Assembly (NCBI GenBank): GCA_036554965.1
Contig: DATBMG010000026.1
Span: 1 to 52,950 of the forward strand
Reading direction: 5' to 3'
From: Burkholderiales bacterium
Lineage (GTDB): Bacteria > Pseudomonadota > Gammaproteobacteria > Burkholderiales > SHXO01
Length of the DNA: 52,950 bases
Shown here: in pieces, positions 43,522-51,755 of the stretch
How the letters are laid out: each line of letters opens with the position of its first letter
How positions within the stretch are numbered: the first letter of the stretch is position 1
Translations under genes and position numbers: made by a program
The notes under the pieces: model-generated
The model's database searches: none
Told to the model about the DNA's origin: nothing
What the model saw: the letters and a program-made list of their open reading frames with translations, nothing else

Positions 43522-44742
43522 ATGACCGCCGCCGTCGTCGAAGGCCGGCTGCTCGGCCTTGTCTCGGAACGCCTCAAACGCGTGCGCGCGCCGGTGAACG
43601 TACGCTTGTGGAACGGGCAGCTGATCCGCGGTGCCGAACCGGCCCCGGTGACGCTCATGGTCCACAGCGCCAGGGCGCTGACCCGGCTGGCGCGGCCGGC
43701 GCTGGGCGCGCTGGCGCGCAGCTATGTGGAAGGCGAGATCGACCTGGAGGGCAGTCTGCGCGACGTGCTGCGCCTGGGCGAGGCGCTGGTGTCGGATCGG
43801 CCCAGCGCCTACGGTAAGCGCGCCCCGCGCTGGCGCTGGTGGACGCACAGCCGCGCGTCGGACCGGCGCAATGTCCAGCGCCACTACGACGTGGGCAACG
43901 ACTTCTACGCCCTGTGGCTCGACCGCAACCGCGTGTACTCCTGCGCCTACTTCCGCACGCCCGAGGACAGCCTCGACCAGGCGCAGGAGCAGAAGCTCGA
44001 TCACATCTGCCGCAAGCTGATGCTCAAGCCGGACGAGCGGCTGCTCGACATCGGCTGCGGCTGGGGCGGCCTGATGCTGTGGGCGGCACGCCACTACGGC
44101 ACGAGGACGCTGGGCATCACGCTGTCCGAGGGGCAGCACCGCTACGTGCAGGAGCGGATCCGCGAGCTCAAGCTCGAGGACCGCTGCGAGGTGCGCCTGC
44201 TCGACTATCGCGACGTGCCAGAGGACGAGCCGTTCGACAAGATCGCGAGCGTCGGCATGTTCGAGCACGTGGGGCGCCACAACCTGCCGTTGTACTTCGG
44301 CAAGATCCAGCGGTTGCTCCGTCCCGGAGGGCTGGTGATGAACCACGGCATCACCACCAATTCGCTCGAGGGCGCGCAGCTAGGCAGCGGCATCGGCGAG
44401 TTCGTGAGCGACTACGTGTTCCCCGGCGGCGAGCTGATGCATGTGAGCACCGTGCTGCGGGAAATGGCGCGCCAGGGGCTGGAGACCTTCGATGCCGAAT
44501 GCCTGCGACCGCACTACGCGCGCACGCTCTGGCACTGGGTGGATCGCCTGGAAGCGCAGCGCGACGCGGCGCGCGCGCTGGTCGGCGAAAGGAAGCTGCG
44601 CGTGTGGCTGATCTACATGGCCGGCTCGGCACACGCTTTCGCCCGCGGCTGGATCTCGGTGTATCAGCTGCTCGGCGGGCGGCCGCTCGCGGACGGCAGC
44701 CTGCCCCATCCTCTCACCCGGGAACACCTGTACCTCTTGTGA
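43522..44742 (+). CDS. Cyclopropane-fatty-acyl-phospholipid synthase family SAM-dependent methyltransferase
   Basis: In-frame ATG at 43522. HYDVGNDFYALWLD, LLDIGCGWGG and FEHVG motifs. Confidence 0.9.
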   Translation: MTAAVVEGRLLGLVSERLKRVRAPVNVRLWNGQLIRGAEPAPVTLMVHSARALTRLARPALGALARSYVEGEIDLEGSLRDVLRLGEALVSDRPSAYGKRAPRWRWWTHSRASDRRNVQRHYDVGNDFYALWLDRNRVYSCAYFRTPEDSLDQAQEQKLDHICRKLMLKPDERLLDIGCGWGGLMLWAARHYGTRTLGITLSEGQHRYVQERIRELKLEDRCEVRLLDYRDVPEDEPFDKIASVGMFEHVGRHNLPLYFGKIQRLLRPGGLVMNHGITTNSLEGAQLGSGIGEFVSDYVFPGGELMHVSTVLREMARQGLETFDAECLRPHYARTLWHWVDRLEAQRDAARALVGERKLRVWLIYMAGSAHAFARGWISVYQLLGGRPLADGSLPHPLTREHLYLL

Positions 44743-44849
44743 CCGCCGCTTCGGTACCTCTTGTGACCGCCGCTTCGGTACTGCTGATGACTGCCGCTTC
44801 GGTATCGCGTATGACGGCCGCAACGGCACCGCGCATGACAGCCGCCTTG
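44730..44849 (+). repeat. 5 x 24-nt tandem repeat (GTACCTCTTGTGACCGCCGCTTCG) bridging the CFA-synthase stop and the CNP1-like start
   Basis: Copies at 44730-53 and 44754-77 are identical. Those at 44778-801, 44802-25 and 44826-49 diverge progressively. Copy 1 contains the last codons and TGA of the upstream gene. The copies supply in-frame GTG, GTG, ATG, ATG, ATG. Confidence 0.9.
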
Positions 44850-45431
44850 CAACGGCGCGCCGCGGCGCTGGCGGCACTGACGCTGTTCATTGTCGGCATG
44901 ATCGGTCCGGCCGACGCCGTGCGCCGCCGCGACCAGGATCCGATCCACGGCGCGCCCGAGGAGGAGCCGTTCCGCGAGGCCGACATCGCGCCGCCGCCGT
45001 ATCCGGCGGACGCCGGACTGATCGAGTTCACCACCACCGGCCGCACGCGCAATCGGTTCTATGTGGATGGTCCCTCGCTGTCGGTCGGTCCCGACAAGGT
45101 CATCCGCTTCGTGCTCGTCGTGCGCACACCGAGCAAGGTGAACAACGTGAGCTTCTCGGCGGTGCGCTGCGGCACCCAGGAGTGGAAGGACTACGCTTAC
45201 GCCCGCACCGACAAGACCTGGGTGCGCGACGAGCAGGCGAAGTGGCGGCCGATCGAGGCGCGCGGGTTCAACAACCACCAGCACACGCTGTTCTCGGAGT
45301 TCTTCTGCTACGGCGGCGTCGCCTCCGGTGGTCCGCTCGGTAGCGCGGAGAGCATCGTGCGCAACCTCAAGCACCCGACCCCGGCGGATCCGCACAGCCC
45401 GCGCAAGTTCAACCAGTTTCAGCAGCGCTAG
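44835..45431 (+). CDS. CNP1-like family secreted protein (start ambiguous: 44739 GTG, 44763 GTG, 44787, 44811 or 44835 ATG)
   Basis: From 44835 the product has a normal signal peptide, MTAALQRRAAALAALTLFIVGMIGPADA. The downstream region (RFYVDGPSLSVGPDKVIRFVLVVRTPSKVNNVSFSAVRCGTQEWK) fits CNP1-like proteins. Confidence 0.7.
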   Translation: MTAALQRRAAALAALTLFIVGMIGPADAVRRRDQDPIHGAPEEEPFREADIAPPPYPADAGLIEFTTTGRTRNRFYVDGPSLSVGPDKVIRFVLVVRTPSKVNNVSFSAVRCGTQEWKDYAYARTDKTWVRDEQAKWRPIEARGFNNHQHTLFSEFFCYGGVASGGPLGSAESIVRNLKHPTPADPHSPRKFNQFQQR

Positions 45432-45479
45432 CTTTGCGGGCGCGGGAGCGTCTGGCGTGCGGGCCGTCCAGCCGCGCGC

Positions 45480-45905
45480 CTACTGGCATTCGCCCACGCG
45501 CCGAGCGCCGAAGGTCTGTAGGATCGGCACGGAAGTGCCGCCCATGCCGAGCATGGCGTTCAGCGTCCCGTCGAACCCGTCGCTGGTGATGGTTACGTCG
45601 CCCGTGCCGGTGAGCTCGATCTGGCCGCTGCAGGTCATATTCCAGCGCGCGCGGTTGGCTTCCTGGCGCAGGTCCGAAACCTGGCAGCCACCGCCGGCGC
45701 CGGTGAGCTTGGCCACCAGGTCCTGCGCAGATTGCTGGTTGATGCACTGGCGCACGACCAGGGGTTCGGCGGTGGCGGGTTGCCCGCCGACCTCCATGCG
45801 CACGGTCACTTCCCACAGGCCCTCGCGCAGCGCGTCGGCGGCCGCCGACAGGGGCATCAGCAGAGCGGTGCAGAGCAGCAGCGGGGGGGTGAGGGGCATG
45901 CGCAT
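45480..45905 (-). CDS. DUF3617 domain-containing secreted protein
   Basis: In-frame ATG at 45905 after GGAGG. Signal peptide, then GLWEVTVRMEVGG...RQCI...C.V...W.M.C pattern. Confidence 0.75.
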   Translation of the reverse strand: MRMPLTPPLLLCTALLMPLSAAADALREGLWEVTVRMEVGGQPATAEPLVVRQCINQQSAQDLVAKLTGAGGGCQVSDLRQEANRARWNMTCSGQIELTGTGDVTITSDGFDGTLNAMLGMGGTSVPILQTFGARRVGECQ

Positions 45906-46026
45906 GGGGACCTCCGGTGGCTGATGTATCGCGCCGACGCAAGGGTCGTGCCGCAACCTGGTGGTGCTGAAGCAGCAACCGGTTGTGGCTTCGGCCGGCG
46001 CGCAAGCGCGCCGCGACCTGGTGCTG

Positions 46027-47145
46027 CTAAAGCAGCACCAGATTGTCTCTATGGATTAGCTCCGGGGCGTCGATGTAGCCCAGCCGCGCTTCGATCTCGT
46101 GGCTGGGCACGCGCAGGATGCGGCGCGCGTCCTGGGCACTGTAGTTGACCAGGCCGCGCGCGACCTCGCGCCCGTCCGGGTCCAGGCAGCTCACCACCTC
46201 GCCGCGCTCGAAGTCGCCCGCGAGATCCTGCACGCCGATCGGCAGCAGGCTCTTGCCCTCCCGGGTGAGCGCTCGCACCGCTCCGGCGTCCAGCATCAGC
46301 TTGCCGCGCACCTGCAGGTGGTCGGCCAGCCACTGCTTGCGGGCCGCCAGCGTCATGGTCTCGGCGACGAGCTGGGTGCCGATCATCTCGCCATCCATCA
46401 GCCGCAACAGCACCCGCGGCTCGCGCCCCGAGGCGATGACGGTGTGGGCGCCGCTGCGCGCTGCGCGCTTGGCGGCGCGTACCTTGGTAAGCATGCCGCC
46501 GCTGCCGACATGGCTGCCCACCCCGCCGGCCATCTGCTCCAGCGCCGGATCGCCGGCCTTGGCTTCGGTCACCAGGGTGGCGTCGGGGTGGCGCCGCGGA
46601 TCGCGCGTGTAGAGGCCGGCCTGGTCGGTGAGGATCACCATGGCATCGGCTTCCACCAGGTTGGTCACCAGCGCGCCCAGGGTGTCGTTGTCGCCGAACT
46701 TGATCTCGTCGTTCGCCACGGTGTCGTTCTCGTTGATCACCGGGATCACGTCGAGATCGAGCAGCGTGTGCAGGGTGGAGCGGGCGTTGAGGTAGCGCTT
46801 GCGGTCGGACAGGTCCTCGTGTGTGAGCAGGATCTGTGCGGCGTGCAGGCCATGGTTGCGGAAGCAGCTCTCGTAGGCCTGCACCAGTCCCATCTGACCG
46901 ACTGCCGCAGCGGCCTGCAGCTCGCGCAGCGCGTGCGGCCGCTTTTGCCAGCCCAGCCGCTGCATGCCCTCGGCCACGGCGCCGCTCGACACGAGCAGCA
47001 CCTGGCGGCCGCGGCGCTTGAGCTCGGCGATCTGCTCGGCCCACTGCGCCAGGGCACCGTGGTCCAGGCCCTGGCCCTGACTGGTGACCAGGCTGCTGCC
47101 TACCTTGACCACTAGCCGCTTGGCCTTTGCCAGCACGGACGGCAT
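46027..47145 (-). CDS. proB: Glutamate 5-kinase
   Basis: [24 protein letters not shown], and a C-terminal PUA domain. 372 aa. Confidence 0.95.
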   Translation of the reverse strand: MPSVLAKAKRLVVKVGSSLVTSQGQGLDHGALAQWAEQIAELKRRGRQVLLVSSGAVAEGMQRLGWQKRPHALRELQAAAAVGQMGLVQAYESCFRNHGLHAAQILLTHEDLSDRKRYLNARSTLHTLLDLDVIPVINENDTVANDEIKFGDNDTLGALVTNLVEADAMVILTDQAGLYTRDPRRHPDATLVTEAKAGDPALEQMAGGVGSHVGSGGMLTKVRAAKRAARSGAHTVIASGREPRVLLRLMDGEMIGTQLVAETMTLAARKQWLADHLQVRGKLMLDAGAVRALTREGKSLLPIGVQDLAGDFERGEVVSCLDPDGREVARGLVNYSAQDARRILRVPSHEIEARLGYIDAPELIHRDNLVLL

Positions 47146-47150
47146 GCGCG

Positions 47151-48311
47151 CTACTCCTCGCGGTCGGCGTTGTGGATCGTCTCGGCGTCGAGCGCCGTTT
47201 CCTCGTGGGCCGGCCCGGTGCCGGACCGCGACGGCTCCTCGCCGGCGGCTTGCGCGCCGGCGGAGTCCTGCGCCCCGGCGGCATCCTGCGCCAGGAAATC
47301 TGCGATCGCGTACGTCAGCTCCGCACAGCCCTCGCCGGACAATGCCGATATGGTAAACACGCGCGCCGCTTCGGGCGACTCCTGCCCCGCCAGGGCGCGG
47401 TAGCGATCGAGGAACGCGCGCACCCGCACACCGCGTTCTGCGGCGGACAGCAGGTCGATCTTGTTGAGCACCAGCCAGCGCGGCTTGCGGTACAGGTCTT
47501 CGTCGTACTTGCGCAACTCGTGCACGATGGCATGCGCGTCGGCCGCCGGATCGCCGCCGGTTGGCGTGGCGATGTCGACCAGGTGCAGCAGCAGGCGCGT
47601 GCGCGCGAGGTGGCGCAGGAACTGATGGCCGAGACCGGCGCCCTCGGCCGCTCCTTCGATCAGCCCCGGGATGTCGGCGACGACGAACGCGCGATTGACA
47701 TCCACGCGCACCACGCCCAGGTGCGGGTGCAAAGTGGTGAAGGGATAATCGGCCACCTTCGGGCGCGCCGCCGACACCACGCGAATGAAGGTGGACTTGC
47801 CGGCGTTGGGCAGGCCGAGCAGACCGACGTCGGCCAGCACCTTGAGCTCCAAGCGCAGCCGGCGCGACTCGCCCGGCTCGCCGCGCGTGAACTGGCGCGG
47901 CGCGCGGTTGGTGCTGGACTTGAAGTGGAGGTTGCCGAGCCCGCCCTTCCCGCCGCGCGCCAGCGCGACGCGCTGGCCATCGACCGCGAGATCGACGAGC
48001 ACCTCCCCGGTGTCGGCGTCGCTCACCACCGTCCCCACCGGGAAGGTGAGCGTGATGTCCTCGCCGGCGGCGCCGTAGCGATCGCTGCCCTGCCCGCTCT
48101 CACCGTTGCGGGCGCGGTGGATGCGTGCGAAACGGTATTCGACCAGCGTGTTGACGTTACGGTCGGCCAGCGCGTACACGCTGCCACCGCGACCGCCGTC
48201 CCCGCCGCTCGGCCCGCCGCGCGGCACGTACTTCTCGCGCCGGAACGCGGCGACGCCGTCCCCGCCCTTGCCGGCGTGGACTTCGATGACGGCTTCGTCG
48301 ATGAACTTCAT
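47151..48311 (-). CDS. obgE: GTPase ObgE/CgtA
   Basis: [19 protein letters not shown] Obg fold, G-domain GLPNAGKST / DIPGLIEGA / NKID. Confidence 0.95.
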   Translation of the reverse strand: MKFIDEAVIEVHAGKGGDGVAAFRREKYVPRGGPSGGDGGRGGSVYALADRNVNTLVEYRFARIHRARNGESGQGSDRYGAAGEDITLTFPVGTVVSDADTGEVLVDLAVDGQRVALARGGKGGLGNLHFKSSTNRAPRQFTRGEPGESRRLRLELKVLADVGLLGLPNAGKSTFIRVVSAARPKVADYPFTTLHPHLGVVRVDVNRAFVVADIPGLIEGAAEGAGLGHQFLRHLARTRLLLHLVDIATPTGGDPAADAHAIVHELRKYDEDLYRKPRWLVLNKIDLLSAAERGVRVRAFLDRYRALAGQESPEAARVFTISALSGEGCAELTYAIADFLAQDAAGAQDSAGAQAAGEEPSRSGTGPAHEETALDAETIHNADREE

Positions 48312-48320
48312 GAAAAGCCA

Positions 48321-48448
48321 GGATCTAGGATCTGGGAGCTAGGATCTAGGGAAGAAAGCTCTAGGGAAGAAAGCTCTAGGGAAGAAAGCGTGGCGCAGCC
48401 GCACAACATCCCCTAGATCCTAGCTCCCAGCTCCCAGATCCTAGACCC
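48321..48448. repeat. Long imperfect inverted repeat (about 30 bp of pairing) enclosing 3 x 15-nt tandem repeats; CTAG/GATC-rich
   Basis: The left arm (48321-48351, GGATCTAGGATCTGGGAGCTAGGATCTAGGG) pairs with the right arm (48411-48448): 18 bp, a 7-nt bulge, 10 bp, one mismatch, 2 bp. The loop holds CTAGGGAAGAAAGCT x3 (48346-48390, the first copy's CTAGGG being the end of the left arm). It lies between the rpmA terminator and the obgE start. Confidence 0.9.
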
Positions 48449-48450
48449 TC

Positions 48451-48485
48451 AGAAAACAAAAAGCCCTACCGCAACCGATAGGGCT
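48451..48485 (-). terminator. Rho-independent terminator downstream of rpmA
   Basis: On the minus strand: AGCCCTA-tcggttgcgg-TAGGGCT followed by TTTTTGTTTTCT. Confidence 0.7.
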
Positions 48486-48509
48486 TTCCTGTTTCCGGGA
48501 GCGAAACTG

Positions 48510-48773
48510 CTAAGCGCTCACCGGCTCGACCATCACCGTCTGCTTGCCGTGCGGGCCCTTGACGGCGAAGCGCACGGTGCCGTCGACTTTGGCGAACAGC
48601 GTGTGGTCCCTGCCCACGCCCACGTTGTCGCCCGGATGGAACTGCGTACCGCGCTGGCGCACGATGATGCTGCCGGCCGGCACCCGCTGCCCGCCGAAGC
48701 GCTTGACGCCCAGACGCTTGGCGTTCGAGTCGCGCCCGTTGCGCGAGCTGCCGCCTGCTTTCTTGTGTGCCAT
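48510..48773 (-). CDS. rpmA: 50S ribosomal protein L27
   Basis: [24 protein letters not shown]...; 87 aa. Confidence 0.97.
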   Translation of the reverse strand: MAHKKAGGSSRNGRDSNAKRLGVKRFGGQRVPAGSIIVRQRGTQFHPGDNVGVGRDHTLFAKVDGTVRFAVKGPHGKQTVMVEPVSA

Positions 48774-48785
48774 GCCTTGCTCTCC

Positions 48786-49100
48786 TCAGCGGAGCGAAAT
48801 GCCGCTGATCTGGATTTCCGTGTAGTTCTGCCGATGCCCCTGCGTCTTGCGATAGTGCTTGCGCCGGCGCATCTTGAAGATCTTCACCTTCTCGCCCCGA
48901 CCGTGGCCCAGCACGGTGGCCTTGACGCTGGCGCCGGCCAGGGTCGGAGTGCCCATCGTGACGTTGTCGCCGTCGGCCACCATCAGCACCTGGTCGAGCG
49001 TCACCTCGGCGCCGACGTCCGCGGGCAGCGACTCGACCTTGAGCTTTTCCCCGGCGCTCACGCGATACTGCTTGCCGCCGGTCTTGATCACCGCGTACAT
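48786..49100 (-). CDS. rplU: 50S ribosomal protein L21
   Basis: [23 protein letters not shown]...; 104 aa. Confidence 0.97.
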   Translation of the reverse strand: MYAVIKTGGKQYRVSAGEKLKVESLPADVGAEVTLDQVLMVADGDNVTMGTPTLAGASVKATVLGHGRGEKVKIFKMRRRKHYRKTQGHRQNYTEIQISGISLR

Positions 49101-49137
49101 GGTTCAAGGCCCTGAGTGGCTTCTCGAAAAACGGCGC

Positions 49138-49166
49138 AGTATACATGCCGCCCGACCGCGGGTCAA
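49138..49166 (-). promoter_or_regulatory. Sigma-70 promoter for rplU-rpmA (TTGACC-N17-TATACT on the minus strand)
   Basis: The reverse complement of 49161-49166 is TTGACC and of 49138-49143 is TATACT, with a 17-nt spacer. It lies about 40 nt upstream of the rplU start. Confidence 0.5.
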
Positions 49167-49312
49167 ACCGACGGCGGGTAGAGCCGGCGCGGCTCGCGCC
49201 GAGCGCCATGCCGGCATGCGACACACGGGGCCCGGCGCGTGGCGCCCGCGGGCTCGCTGCGGACGGCAATGGTATCCTTGCACTCGCCGCCCCGCCTGTC
49301 CGGATCCTCGCA

Positions 49313-50290
49313 ATGACTACCGCCACGCTCGAGCCCGTCCAGCGTCTGATCGCCGAAGAGATGCGGGCGGTGGACGACGTCATCCGCATGCGGCTGCACT
49401 CCGACGTGGTGCTGGTGCGTCAGGTCGCCGAATACATCGTCGGCAGCGGCGGCAAGCGCCTGCGGCCGGCGCTGCTGATCCTGGCCGCGGGGGCGTGTGG
49501 CTATAGCGGCAGCGCGCACTATACGCTGGCGGCGGTGGTCGAATTCATCCATACCGCCACGCTGTTGCACGACGACGTGGTGGACGCCTCCCAGCTGCGG
49601 CGCGGCAAGGCCACCGCCAACTCCCTGTTCGGCAATCCGGCCAGCGTGCTGGTGGGCGACTTCCTGTACTCGCGCGCCTTCCAGATGATGGTGGACCTGA
49701 AGGACATGCGCGTGATGGAGGTGCTGGCCAACGCCACCAATGTCATCGCCGAGGGCGAGGTGCTGCAGCTGCTGAACTGCCACGATCCGGAGGTGACCGA
49801 GCACGATTACCTGCACGTCATCCGCTACAAGACCGCCAAGCTGTTCGAAGCGGCCGGGCAGCTCGGCGCGATCGTCGGCAACGCGAGCCCGGACGTGGAG
49901 CAGGGGCTGGCCCGCTACGGCTTGCACGTCGGCACCGCCTTCCAGCTGATCGACGACGTGCTCGATTACTCCGGTGACCACGCGCAGACCGGCAAGAACC
50001 TGGGCGACGACCTGGCCGAGGGCAAGCCGACGCTGCCGCTGATCCACGCCATGCAGCGCGGCAACGCCGAGCAGTCGCGCGTCATCCGCGCCGCCATCGA
50101 GCACGGTGGACTCAACGAGTTTCCTCCCGTGCTTGCCGCCATCCGCGAGACCGGCGCGCTCGAGTACACGCGCCGTCAGGCGGACGCCGAGGCGAAGCGC
50201 GCCGCGGCCGCGCTCGAGGCGCTGCCGCGTTCAAGTTACCGGGACTCTTTGCTACAATTGGCGTCCTTTGCCGTATCCCGCAGCTACTGA
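49313..50290 (+). CDS. ispB: Octaprenyl diphosphate synthase
   Basis: In-frame ATG at 49313. Polyprenyl synthase DDxxD motifs (LLHDDVVD, QLIDDVLD). Confidence 0.92.
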   Translation: MTTATLEPVQRLIAEEMRAVDDVIRMRLHSDVVLVRQVAEYIVGSGGKRLRPALLILAAGACGYSGSAHYTLAAVVEFIHTATLLHDDVVDASQLRRGKATANSLFGNPASVLVGDFLYSRAFQMMVDLKDMRVMEVLANATNVIAEGEVLQLLNCHDPEVTEHDYLHVIRYKTAKLFEAAGQLGAIVGNASPDVEQGLARYGLHVGTAFQLIDDVLDYSGDHAQTGKNLGDDLAEGKPTLPLIHAMQRGNAEQSRVIRAAIEHGGLNEFPPVLAAIRETGALEYTRRQADAEAKRAAAALEALPRSSYRDSLLQLASFAVSRSY

Positions 50291-50317
50291 GCGCTCGGTA
50301 GCGTCCGCAAGGCACAT

Positions 50318-50394
50318 CGGGGTGTAGCTCAGCCTGGTAGAGTACTGCGTTCGGGACGCAGGAGTCGGAGGTTCAAATCCTCTCACCCCGACCA
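50318..50394 (+). tRNA. tRNA-Pro (anticodon CGG)
   Basis: 77 nt. Acceptor stem CGGGGTG/CACCCCG, anticodon arm CTGCG-TTCGGGA-CGCAG, T-arm GGAGG-TTCAAAT-CCTCT, encoded CCA end. Confidence 0.93.
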
Positions 50395-50458
50395 TCGACT
50401 GCTCGTCAATCGTGATTGATGATTCGTGAGAGCGCGCCTGCTCTTCGAATCACGGCAC

Positions 50459-51298
50459 TCAATACGGCAGGGTGAAGAACAGCCGGATCCCTTCCACGTC
50501 CGGGCCCACGCGGAAAGCGAGGCCCACCATCTCCGCGCGGAAGCCGAGGATCGGCAGCGGGCTGCGCGCCCTCAGGCTGAAGGCGATCTCGAATTCCTCG
50601 CGCACCACGTTGTTGACGTCCTCCAGCACCGGGTAAGACAGCCGCTGCAGGTAGGCGTAATGGATCAGGTGCATGCCGAAGTCCACCGGCCGGCCCGCCA
50701 GCGTGCCGTTGCTGGGAAACGCCAGGTTCAGCCCGGTGATGAACAGCGTCAGGGGGAACGCTGAGCCGTCGCGGACGTACCCCGCGTAGTTGAGCGTGTT
50801 GCCCAAGGTGAACTCACCGGCGCCGGCCGCGAACGTGAGACGGCTCTTCACGCCCACGCTGTAGAGCGTGGCCGCGTCCTCGCCGTCGAGCTCCCAGCCG
50901 TAGCCGGCGTACGCGAAGGGCCGCAGGCGCCAGTTGCGCAGCGCCAGGAAGTCGGCCTCCACGCCCGGCAGCACGCTCATGGTGCTCACCGAATCGGCCG
51001 GCCCGTCCTGCAACACGTCGTCGAAGCGAAAATCGTAGAAGCCGAAGGTCACCGGCAGTTTCAAGGCGAGGCCCCAGCCGTCCTGCGCCTGGCTGCGCAC
51101 CTCGTAGGCGAACGGCAGCTGCAGCACCGCTACGTCGCGGTCGCCGGACCGGTACACGCCGGTGCCGAATGCCGCGGCGTAATACCAGTTGATGAGCTGC
51201 TCGGTACGCTGCGCCCGCACCGCCTGGGCGATGGTGGCGGATGGGAAGGACAGGGCGAGCAGGAGGCCCGCGGCGGCGCGGAGCGAGACGGGGGACAT
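50459..51298 (-). CDS. Hypothetical secreted protein, probably an outer-membrane beta-barrel
   Basis: In-frame ATG at 51298. Signal peptide MSPVSLRAAAGLLLALSFPSATIAQA, beta-rich alternating pattern, aromatic C-terminus ...RLFFTLPY. Confidence 0.5.
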   Translation of the reverse strand: MSPVSLRAAAGLLLALSFPSATIAQAVRAQRTEQLINWYYAAAFGTGVYRSGDRDVAVLQLPFAYEVRSQAQDGWGLALKLPVTFGFYDFRFDDVLQDGPADSVSTMSVLPGVEADFLALRNWRLRPFAYAGYGWELDGEDAATLYSVGVKSRLTFAAGAGEFTLGNTLNYAGYVRDGSAFPLTLFITGLNLAFPSNGTLAGRPVDFGMHLIHYAYLQRLSYPVLEDVNNVVREEFEIAFSLRARSPLPILGFRAEMVGLAFRVGPDVEGIRLFFTLPY

Positions 51299-51378
51299 GT
51301 GCTCCGGTCGTGTTAGATCTTGCCGCCATGATAGGCGAAGTGGTCGCCCGGGAAGCCGGCGAACCGGGCCGGCGCGGC

Positions 51379-51407
51379 TTGGTCGCTCCCCGCGCCTGGA
51401 GTATGAT
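51379..51407 (+). promoter_or_regulatory. Possible sigma-70 promoter (TTGGTC-N17-TATGAT) for PP0621 and the sensor kinase
   Basis: Hexamers at 51379-51384 and 51402-51407 with a 17-nt spacer, 90 nt upstream of the ATG at 51498. Confidence 0.3.
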
Positions 51408-51497
51408 GCCAGCCCGACCCGTCCCCGGAGCCCGAGCGCCTCATTCTGGGCTGCATCTTTCCGAATTCGCGCCGATAACCCCCAGCGAAGCTTTAAG

Positions 51498-51755
51498 ATG
51501 TTTGCAAAGTTTCTTCTCCTGCTCGCCCTGGGCATCGTGGTCTATCTGATCGTCAGCCGCATGCGTCGCGATCACACGCCGCCCGAGGCGCTGCGCAAGC
51601 AGCCGCCTCCCGCGGTCACACCCGAAGACATGGTGCGCTGCGCCGTGTGCGGCGTGCACCTGCCGCGCAGCGAGAGCTTCACCTCGCGCGGGAGCTACTT
51701 CTGCACCGACGAGCATCGGCGCCTAGGCGCGCCGGGGGCGCGCAACAGCGGATGA
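51498..51755 (+). CDS. PP0621 family protein (small membrane-anchored Cys-motif protein)
   Basis: In-frame ATG at 51498. MFAKFLLLLALGIVVYLIV TM helix and C-terminal CAVCGVHLPRSESF...FCTDEH motif. The stop overlaps the next ATG (ATGA). Confidence 0.75.
   Translation: MFAKFLLLLALGIVVYLIVSRMRRDHTPPEALRKQPPPAVTPEDMVRCAVCGVHLPRSESFTSRGSYFCTDEHRRLGAPGARNSG

Noticed and set aside
45957-46041. Near-duplicate hairpin-forming sequences (CCTGGTGGTGCTGAAGCAGCAACC and CCTGGTGCTGCTAAAGCAGCACCAG) at the proB 3' end.
   Set aside because: This is short and partly coding (the second copy contains the proB stop). It is most simply explained as ordinary terminator-like hairpins between proB and the next gene, with nothing beyond that visible.
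50318-51298. A genomic island integrated at tRNA-Pro.
   Set aside because: There is no integrase, no direct repeat of the tRNA 3' end and no compositional shift downstream. The following genes (an outer-membrane-like protein, PP0621 and a PilS-like kinase) look like ordinary chromosomal content.
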